From assembly GCA_009602735.1 (NCBI GenBank), contig WELA01002336.1:125853-189852 (forward strand): 64,000 nucleotides of DNA. Direction: 5' to 3'. The stretch comes from Mesotaenium endlicherianum. Taxonomy: Eukaryota. How positions within the stretch are numbered: the first letter of the stretch is position 1; each line of letters begins with the position of its first letter. Positions 1 to 9,095 of the stretch are shown here, one piece after another. Position numbers and translations under genes: made by a program. The notes under the pieces are model-generated. The model worked only from the letters and a program-made list of their open reading frames with translations, had not been told where the DNA came from and did not search any database.

Positions 1-59
1 GCATCCTAGAGCCCTCCACGACCTCAGCTGAGCCGACGCCACATGCGCTCGCTTCACCT

Positions 60-1328
60 ATGACGACGGTACAGCTCAGCGCGGAGGTCATCTCTCTAGC
101 GCTGCACCGCATGCCGGCAGTCTCCTTCGCAGAGCTCGGCGTCTCCATGGAGGCAACGAGGCAGGCCGCTCAGCTGATGCTCCAGTCATGCAGAGCCACG
201 CTGCGCACCGCCGCCAGGAGGTCGACGGCCGACGCCGCCACCGCGGTGCGATCCACGCCCGCGCGCCCTGCGCATGAGCGCAAGATGATCAGCACTCCTA
301 ACGTCGCGTTTTTGGATAATTCGCAGGGGATCGTGCTCGTCAACACCCAGGCGCCGCAGCGCATCATGTTTGACACAGGAGCGCAGCAGGTTCTCATCAG
401 CCTCTGCTACTTCCATCAGCTGGGACTCTCTTCCGCTGACTTGGAGGACTCTCCGATGCGCATTAACACCGCCGCCGGCACGTCCGAGACCGTCGCCGGT
501 TGCACGAGGTTGGCGCTACTGTTCACTCTACGCCCAGGCACGGCAGACAAGACAACCATCCATCGGCATGCACTCGTCACTCCCTCCGAGTCCTTTGATG
601 TGCTCCTAGGGCAGGACGTGCTCTTTCCCATTGGCGCTGCGGTCGACAACTGGGCAGAGCGCGTCTTCTATCGTCCCGACTGGAGGACAGGGGGGACGCG
701 CACCGCATCCTTGCCCCTGGACATTGTTGATCGCCGCCCAGCAGTGTTCGCTCTTTATGGCTTCATGGGGCTGGACGATGGCCGGCCAGTGGTCAAGACC
801 GATAAGGACGGGCCCATGGACGAGGAGATCTCTGTGGGGGTGGACCTGCTCGAGTCACAGGACGAGGAGCCAGACCCACCTAGTGCCGAGCTCCATCTCA
901 CGCCGCAGCAGCAGGCGGATGTCCTGGCAGCCCAGGCCAGGGAGCAGATCCGCATCTGCACTGCCCACAGCGCGATGATGCGGCAGAAGGATGCCACTGA
1001 GGCCCTCGCCACGGCCAGCACAGCCATCGCTGCCGCCGCCCTTGCCCGCGGTGCGGTCGCAGCGCCTACGGCTCATCAGGGCGTCTCAGCCTCTCAAGGC
1101 AAACCGTCCGCAAGGCTCGACGTCCGCGTTCGCCACGACGTCCCTGTTGGCGTGGCCATTCAGTACAGTATGGACTCTCAGCCGCCCCCTCACGACGCCT
1201 CGCATCAGACCGACGAGACCTGGCCTCGCCCCACGGCATCCGAAGACGAGGCCATACGGCAGGCAGCTTATCTTGGCAGATCCGACGACCAGTCCCTCAA
1301 GAGTGAGGAGGAGACGCAGTGGGAATAA
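60..1328 (+). pseudogene. Retroviral-type aspartic protease region of the Gypsy polyprotein
   Basis: RIMFDTGAQQVLIS active-site motif (DTG at about 372-380) and FDVLLGQDVL motif (about 594-620); ends at in-frame TAA 1326-1328. Confidence 0.8.
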
Positions 1329-1729
1329 CTGCCCGAGGCTTCCGTCGAGGTCCTCAGCGCGGCACCACCCGAGGAGCCCCCGCCAGCTGCGCCTACGACA
1401 CGTAGGCAGCGCACTCCTACTGGTCCGCCCGGCTTCAGCGCACCCAGCCAGCCCATGACTCACGACTGGCCCAGCAGGGTTCGCCCCGACGCCGCTGGAC
1501 CCAGCCGACTGGTGTCACACGACTGCTCAACGAGCAACGAGTGTCGTCGCATCGCGCATTTGTTTGCGACGAGCCGGGCTGCCGCGGCCTCCTCTAGCGC
1601 TGGCACACACTCCATACAGCAGCCAGCGCCCAGGCTCAGCGTCCGCGAGCCACACCGCACGATCCCGTCTATCTGCGCCCATCTGACCTACGCACATCGC
1701 ACTTGGCCGACCATCGGACCCGCTCAAGA

Positions 1730-1940
1730 GACCACTCCTCTCCGCGAGACGAGCCGCTCCCGATCGCTCACACCCCTTTACGAGACGCGGGAGGTGACTC
1801 CCCTCCGCGAGACGCGCGGCCGCTCCGTCACGCCTCCCTACGACGACAGCGACCGCACACCTCCTTACGACGACACGCGGGCCCGCGGGGACACGCCGCC
1901 ATACGACGACACTCGAGACCGACGCCGCACTCCGCCCTTC
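1730..1940 (+). repeat. Degenerate coding tandem repeats (TPLRET / TPPYDD units) in the PR-DNMT linker
   Basis: Translation TPLRETSRSRSLTPLYETREVTPLRETRGRSVTPPYDDSDRTPPYDDTRARGDTPPYDDTRDRRRTPP. Confidence 0.75.
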
Positions 1941-2720
1941 CGGCCCCTCTCAGCTGGCGACGACGCTCAGTCTTCTTCCGAGGCGCATTTCGTGATGCTG
2001 GCACCTACAGCTCCACGCGCCAGCGTCCCTCGCAGCTACATCGCTGGCGACGGTCCCTCCGGGTCACCTCCTCCCAAGGTGGCCCGCACCGACAGCGGGC
2101 CGCCCAGTCGTCACCCATTTACGACCGCCGCACGCACACGGCTCATGGCTACTCTCCGACAGCCCCGAGACGCGCCCGTCCCACGAGTGCAGCCCCGGCC
2201 GGGAGTCCAGCTGGCCCCTCGCCAATTGGTTCGATCCCCGCAGGAGGTCGAAAGCGCCGAGCGCTCCGTCTGCACAGTCCCCTCTGCAGACATGCGCGCA
2301 CGCCAGCGGGCCTACTTCGACCCGCACCCCTGCTTGACTCCGCGTCCCGTACTCAACCAGCTGGCCCACGCGGCCTCGCACCAGACTGACCGCGACCAAC
2401 GCGACAGGTGGCAGCAGCTGTGCGTGGCCTCGGCCCGACGTCAGGCCCGCGCTGTCTCTCCCACCGCCCTGCAGGATGCGCGCCTGCGATGGCGTACCTA
2501 CCAGGACCACGCACGGGAGGAGCGTCCGCAGCCGCTCACTGACCACATCCCCAGCCTTATGCGTGACTACGCAGACCGTGCTGTGGCCGCCCTCCGCATG
2601 GCGCCCCATCAGCACAGCGCTGCGCGTACCTTCTCGCCGCCCGCTCAACCCGGCACCCCAGCAATGGGGTGTCGCCCACTTCCGACCCCTATCTGCGCAG
2701 ACGCTCTAGACGAGCGGCCC

Positions 2721-3680
2721 GACGGCATCGTCCTCGTCGAGCTCTTCGCCAGCATCGCCACCCGGTTACTTGCAACCTTACAGGCCCGCATTCCGGTGCG
2801 CCGCTACGTCTAGGTTGATCCCGATCCTGAGGCCCAGCAAGTGGCCCGTCGGCAAATGGCATTGGGCCATGAGGGGTTCCCTGACCTCCTTCCCGCGCAC
2901 GCATTCCGCCGCGCTCAGACAGACTGGCCCATGGACATCCGCGACATCACCGTCGAGCATGTCACCCGACTTGGGCCCATTGACCTCGTCATCGCCGGTT
3001 GGGAGTGCCAGGGCTTCTCCAGAGCCGGGCGGGGCAGGGCACTCAACGATCCCCGCACGGCCCACTTCTGGCACTTGCTCCGCGTTCTCAACATTGTTGA
3101 GGATTGCCAGCCGCCACACACACTTGCGTGGGTCCTGGAGAACGTGGCCGCGCGCCACGATCGCCGTCCCGATGTTAGCGCCGACTTCGCTCTTTGCAGC
3201 AGCTACGTCGGGCGCGAGGCTGTCATCGACGCTGCCCAGATTGGTTCCTTCGCGCACCGCGTCCGCGCCTACTTCACAAACCTGGTGATGCCAGGTACTC
3301 TCGAGGCGTTGGCCGCCTCTCATCCACGTCACCCACGCACCGTCGACTCCATCCTCGATGCCCCTTGTCTAGGCCAGCGTGTGACGGCGCTACCACATCC
3401 CTCCATGGCGCAGTGTGAGGTCCTGCATGACGTCACTCGCGCGCTGCCGACTTTTGTCAGCCGTTACGACAGCGACGCCTTCGTCGGAGATCAGCGCGGG
3501 ATGGTCATCGACCTGGAGACTTGCATGTATGACAGGCCGCGTCCTGCGGAAATGGAGCGTGCCATGGGCTTCCCGCCACATCTCACGCAGGTGGACGGTC
3601 TCACTGAGGTGAACCGCATTTGCCTCTTGGGGCAGGCGATCGACGCCAACGTCCTCACGTGGATTCTGCTGCAGACGCAG
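2721..3680 (+). pseudogene. C5 cytosine-specific DNA methyltransferase domain within the retrotransposon polyprotein (one in-frame stop)
   Basis: Motif I IVLVELFASIAT (degenerate FxGxG), motif [15 protein letters not shown] (catalytic Cys at 3006-3008), motif VI VLENV (ENV at 3138-3146), motif [23 protein letters not shown], motif [13 protein letters not shown], motif X LLGQAID; TAG at 2811-2813. Confidence 0.9.
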
Positions 3681-4119
3681 GCCTTGGCGCCTCTCTACGC
3701 CACAGCCCGGCATCCCGAACTACCTCGGCCTGCCGACGATATGGACGATGACTCCCCCGACGATGACAATCAGGCCCCACCCGGCACGACTTGGCATCCT
3801 CAGCGAGCAGGGCCTGCACCACAGGCGCGCGCGCGCCCTACCTTCCCACCGCCGCGCACGGACGACTCTGGTTCGCTGGGGGGGGGACGACGGAGAGAGG
3901 AGTTCTCACAGCGACCCAGGAAGTCCTCACAGCGACCCAGGGAGTCCCGGTCACCTTTTCTTTTTCCTCGCTCGCAGGCAGACGGTGCCAGGCAGCTGGC
4001 CGCAACTGCCACACTGCGGGTACCCGCGGCAGGCCGAGCGCCAACCGCTGCAGGGCAGGTGACACCTGCAGCACCACAGTCTACCCCAGCGGCAAGACAG
4101 GAGACTCCAGCAGGCCAGG

Positions 4120-4520
4120 CGACGCTTTGTTGTCCTGACTACGCGAAGCCCTTCATCCTCCACACCGACTGGTCGCAGGCAGGGCTGGGCGCTGTGCTGG
4201 TGCAGGAGCATGACGGCTTCGAGCATGTGGTGGCCTACGCCAGCCGCAGCAACAACCGCGCGGAAGGCAACTACGGCTCCTACGAGGGGGAGTGCCTTGC
4301 AGCGGTCTAGGCGATCGTGCACTTCAGGCACTATCTCTACGGCATGCACTTCCGCCTGGTCACCGACCACCAGCCACTTAAGTGGCTCATGACGTCGGAG
4401 CGCTTGACCGGCAAGTACGCACGAAGGGCGCTTATCTTGCAGGAGTACACCTTCGACGTGCACCACCGTCCAGGCTCGACCAACCTGGACGCTGACGGTC
4501 TCAGCCGTAACCCGCTGTCC
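4120..4520 (+). pseudogene. Ty3/Gypsy RNase H domain (in-frame stop at 4308-4310)
   Basis: [24 protein letters not shown]...[53 protein letters not shown]...ADGLSR. Confidence 0.9.
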
Positions 4521-4829
4521 TCCTCGAGGGATCTCACTGTGGCCCGCCACGATGAGGATGAGCCGGTAGCCTGGCAAGCGGTGGCCTTCCTGGCCTTCAT
4601 CGTGGACGGCGATGTGCGGCCCGCAGGGCTCACTAGCCTGGACATGGTCACCGTCACCACTCGGCGATTGGCCCTGGCAGCGGCAGAGGATCAGGACAGC
4701 TGGCAGCGCGGTCCCAAGGACGTGTGGGACGACGCCCCAGTACTGCAGTACGTCACGGCCAAGGAGTTGGCACCCGATATCAGCGCACGCGAGCGCGACC
4801 GCATCCTCAGGCGCAGCCGCGACTTCATT

Positions 4830-5591
4830 TTCATGAAGGGGCGCGTGCGGCGCGTGATCGCAGACGGCTCCGTCCTGGTGGTTCCTGAGCCTGCCATACG
4901 TAGTCAGCTCGTGCGCCGAGTGCACGAGTCCCTCGGGCACTTCGGTGTCAAGCGCACCCTCAGTCTTCTTCAAGCCGAGTACTGGTGGCACGGCATGACT
5001 AAGGTCGTTGCCGCTGTCGTCAGCAGCTGCACTCTTTGCGACGGTTGTGTGCGCTCGAGCTTCACAGCGCGTACCGTTGCCCTCAGCCCCCTTCCCATTC
5101 AAGGGCTGTTCTACAGGTGGTCGCTTGACTTGGCCGGGGAGCTGCCCAAGTCTCGCCAGGGCAACCTCTACGTCTTGGTGATGATTGAGCACATGTCCAA
5201 ATGGATCGAGCTCGTGCCCTTGCCCAGCAAGGCCAGTGAGGGGATCGCTCAGGCCTTCCTCAATCTGGTCCTTAGCCGTTTTGGCGGCTGCGCTGAGGTG
5301 CTGACCGACCAGGGCAAAGAGTTCCAGGGCAGCTTTCAGAAGCTGCTGGAGCGCTCTATGATTGACCACCGCACCGCCTCCCGCGATCACCCTCAGGCTG
5401 ACGGCCTCGCCGAGCGCATGGTGCAGACCGTCAAGCTAGGGTTGCGGAAGTACTGCCTTGCCCACGACCGTACCTACTGGGACGACGCCCTCCCTTGGCT
5501 GGCAATGGGGTACAGGTTCAGTAAGCAGGCCTCCCTGGCCTCGCACTCTCCCTACTTCCTTCTCTACGGCCGACAGCCCATCCTGCCCGCA
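4830..5591 (+). pseudogene. Integrase zinc finger (HHCC) and DDE core, interrupted at 5591 by a nested insertion
   Basis: HESLGHFG...CTLC; WSLDLAG, VLTDQGKEF, DGLAERMVQT; SPYFLLYGRQP. Confidence 0.9.
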
Positions 5592-6328
5592 TGTAATGAA
5601 TCAGTATATTAGTAGATATAATATTCATTTAAATATAATAGTCAGCCTGCTGAACTTTAGTTAGTAGTCAGTCTGCTGAACTTTAGTTAATAATCAGTCT
5701 GCTGGACTTTACATTATTATCAGTTTGATGACTTAGCCAAAAGCAGCAGGCTGAAGTCAACTTAAGTCAGCTTGCTGACACATTCTTTGACAGCCAGCTG
5801 ACTTCCGTGCTCGGTAGCAGCGAACTGTCTTGATATGCATCTAAGTACCACCTGCTAGATGAATGGCCAGATGACATCCCCATGATGGATGGCTATTCGG
5901 GATGATGGGAGATGGCGGTGGATTTGGTTAACCGAGGTCCTACCAACGTGGTTAACTCCCGGGTAGGCGGTGCCATCGCACTGACCGTTGAACAGTAAAC
6001 TCATTCCATGTACATATGCTAGGCATTGCTCTCGAGTTCGGCATTCGGAAACGAGGCCAACTCTCTTGTATAGCTTACAGAGAGAGATCTGAATCCAAGG
6101 CGAGAAGCCATTGATACGCACTGTCTTCTAACCTTGCTAATGTATGAGTTTACTGATTTGCATTATTGATGCTAGTTTACTCTCATTTGACTGACGAGTA
6201 CTATTCACTGCTAGTGTATTGTCCTTCGCCGTTTAACCAGTTAACGGAAAGTACCATAAAGATTACTTGCTGATATAAAAGATCTTTATTAATTGTTAAT
6301 CGCCTATTTGGTAAGTCGATTCATTTCA
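5592..6328. mobile_element. Solo LTR (737 bp) nested in the integrase
   Basis: AT-rich block with TG...CA termini. The ends TGTAATGAATC / GATTCATTTCA form a 10/11 inverted repeat. It is flanked by 5-bp TSD CCGCA (5587-5591 and 6329-6333) and has internal ~26-bp tandem repeats at 5640-5737. Excision restores the host frame. Confidence 0.85.
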
Positions 6329-6333
6329 CCGCA

Positions 6334-6945
6334 GCAGCCAGGACTGTGGCCGAGAACGTCTTGTACTTGGACAGTCCCGAGACATGGAGTGCTCTTATCG
6401 GGCAGCGTGCTCAGCTCTTTCTGCGCCTGATGCCCATGGCTATGGATAACCTCAGCATCGCACAGCATCGCGACACACTAAGGTACGCCATGACTCGTGG
6501 AGGAGCCTATCATCCACGGGTGTTGCAGTTTTCCGCAGGTGACTTCGTGTACCTGCGACGCCAGACAAAAAACACCCTCGACACCAGCAGCTCGCCGGTC
6601 ATCCTGCGCGTCAAGCGTGTCTTGGCGTCAGGAGTCCTGGAGCTGGAAGGCGCAGATGGCCGTCTTCACAAGGACCACACGAAGAACTGTGGGCCGTGCC
6701 ACCTTCCTAACCTGGACTTGCAGGTCCGCCCCCGCGACGCGCGGCCGCCCAAGGACTGGGCGTGCCAGATCTGTCACGGCAGTGGCCAGGAGGCCAAGAT
6801 GCTGCTTTGCGACAGCTGCAACCTCGGCTTCCACACCGGCTGCCTCGACCCACCGCTGGCCCGCGTGCCAGCAGGAGACTGGTTCTGCAGAGACTGCACT
6901 GAGCTAGCATTAGGCAGCGCACACAGCCCATCAGCTAGCGGCTGA
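6334..6945 (+). pseudogene. Integrase C-terminal region with PHD finger (C4HC3)
   Basis: In frame with upstream QPILPA after removing the solo LTR. Contains FSAGDFVYLR (integrase C-terminal-like) and CQIC...LLCDSCNLGFHTGCLDPPLARVPAGDWFCRDC at 6763-6897. Confidence 0.88.
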
Positions 6946-7943
6946 GAGCTGGGGGGGGAATTAAAACATTTGACGCTTGACTCCCTTTTTGGCTATAAAG
7001 CCATTTGTATTATAGACTTCATTGCAGCAAAGCTTGCTTGTCTATTGTGTGTTGCTTATGCCGACAAGACGCACCCGATCTCTTAACGCACGACATATGT
7101 TTGAAGACTTGGCTTATACTTTTTTCGCGCCTTGGAGTTCACCCTGAGAATGATTGACGGGCGAAATGGCCAATATCAACGCCGTTTAGATAGCTGGTGG
7201 GACCATTTCCACCAATTTTTTGAGTTGGAAAACAAGATCTCATTGAGGTGCATTTCGTTGGCAAACATTCTTCATACAAAAGATGGAAAACATGCCTTTT
7301 CCTAGCGACCGATTTAACTGCGCCCCCTTCGAGATGTTTTACCTTCCTTTACTTACTTGGGGTTTTCATTCTTTTTTTTGGATTGTCATCACTTCGCCCC
7401 CTTTCAGATTATTTCCCAACCACAATACAGGTGGCTTTCGAACTCAATATCAAGGTGGCAATCCGCGTGCATACAATTTTGGAGCTTCCATTATAAAACC
7501 ACATTTATATTAATTAAATGATATTAAATAGTTACAAACATTGAAACCCTAGAGAATACTTAGGTCCTACAATCTTCATGCTATACCTTTATAGCCACCT
7601 AAAATTTGATTTAATATCTTAATCCTTTATGACTACCTTACAAGCATGACAAAACCAAGTCTGACCTAAATTCTAGGGTAAAGGAGCTAATATCCCGACT
7701 ACGAGTGATGTAAGCAACTCATGAGAGTGCCTTAACCACCTCTTCTTTGCCTCTTTTTGCCTGCATAAACAAACACATAAAACTAAAGAAAAACATGAGT
7801 TCAAAAGCCAAGAGTACACACAAAAAGGGAGAGATGTCGAGAGAGGAAGATGGAGAAGAAGATGAGAGAGAGGAGAGAGCGAGGGCGGGCTGAAGAGAAC
7901 AAGCGAGACAAGTGGCGCAGCATACTGTGAGCAGCATGCGCAC

Positions 7944-8029
7944 CTGAAGATCATGGTGCCAATGCCGTCGCGCGTGTACAGCTCCAGCAGCAGCGCGCAC
8001 TCCAGCAGGTGCACCCGCCTTACCCCGTG
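7944..8029 (-). pseudogene. Orphan exon resembling N-acetylglutamate synthase (amino-acid acetyltransferase, NAGS/argA)
   Basis: cag|...|gtgcgc splice-bounded exon encoding HGVRRVHLLECALLLELYTRDGIGTMIF, similar to the recalled plant NAGS segment GVxRVHLLDGxxxGxLLLELFxRDGxGTM; no partner exons recognised. Confidence 0.5.
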
Positions 8030-8509
8030 CTGCTCCCTCCCCTCGCCTCCCCCCCACAGCCCACACCACGGCACAGGCACACAGTACACGTTGTTAATAT
8101 TGTCAGCTTTTGGGATGAGAGTGGAAGGGAGGGGAGCGGAGGGGAGGGGCGGCCGTATGTATGAGCCAGCGCTGCTGCTTCTTGGTCTGCACAGGCAGGC
8201 ACGGAGAAAGGAGTCGAAGAGGTCAGGAGCACAAGGGACCGGATTCCCCCATTCCTGCCCCCTTGCTGGAGCCTCCTGAGCCCTTCCTGAAACCGCCCTC
8301 CTCTCCGTCACCCTCCGCCTCTTTCTCCCCCTCCCTCTCCCCCTCCCTCGTAGCTGGGCACATTCCTTCACATTGCAACAGACTGTCCAAGCTGTCATGC
8401 CAGGGGGCGGGGCAAACAAAGAGAGGATGTGAGAAAGTCGCCAGAAACAGAGACATCGAGAAACAGGGGGAGGACGCAGGTGGCTGAGAAGCAGCAGGCG
8501 CGACCAGCA

Positions 8510-8948
8510 GGTACAAACATACACACTCACACGCGCGCTCATACACACACGCACACCCACAAACATACACACACTCACACACATGCACGCACACACACGC
8601 ACACACACAACATACACACACTCGCACACACGCGCGCATGCACACACACCACGGCCACAAATATAGACACAGTTGCACACACACTCACTAAATCCTAAAA
8701 CTCCCAGCACTCGCAAACTCTATACATGCCCTTGTTTTTCAAACCCTGAGGCAGTAGAGATAAGCACAGAAACACACACTCAACCACAAGCATGAAGTCA
8801 ACAAAGCACACACGCGCACACGTGCACACACACGCATGCACACAAACACGCATACACGTACACTCGCACAAACACGCTCGCCCACATACGCACACAAACA
8901 AACACACACTAGCAGCACACACACATGCACGCGCACACACACACACTC

Positions 8949-8980
<32 letters not shown>

Positions 8981-9095
8981 ACACGAAGCATACGCACAGG
9001 CACACACGCTCATGCACACACACGCACACACACAAACATACACACACACACTAGACACACACACACATAGACACAAAACGGAGACACACATACTC
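8510..9095. repeat. Degenerate (CA)n / CACG microsatellite-like tract
   Basis: Long imperfect CA/CG dinucleotide runs. Confidence 0.85.

Larger units (their letters stand above)
1..6960 (+). mobile_element. Decayed Ty3/Gypsy LTR retrotransposon carrying a C5 cytosine methyltransferase and a C-terminal PHD finger (5' part outside window; RT domain absent)
   Basis: ORFs 60-1328, 1455-2813, 2841-4310 and 4317-5591 are all in the same frame, separated only by single stops. The frame continues at 6334-6945 once the nested insertion is removed. Domain order PR-DNMT-RH-IN-PHD is Gypsy-like. A polypurine tract (gagctggggggggaa) follows the stop at 6946-6960. Confidence 0.9.

Noticed and set aside
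3951..5390. 479-aa antisense ORF
   Set aside because: Shadow of the GC-rich RNase H/integrase frame; no recognisable motifs.
5640..5737. Short periodic repeats resembling a CRISPR array (also 9705-9761 and 57073-57180)
   Set aside because: Head-to-tail degenerate tandem repeats without unique spacers, in a eukaryotic context.
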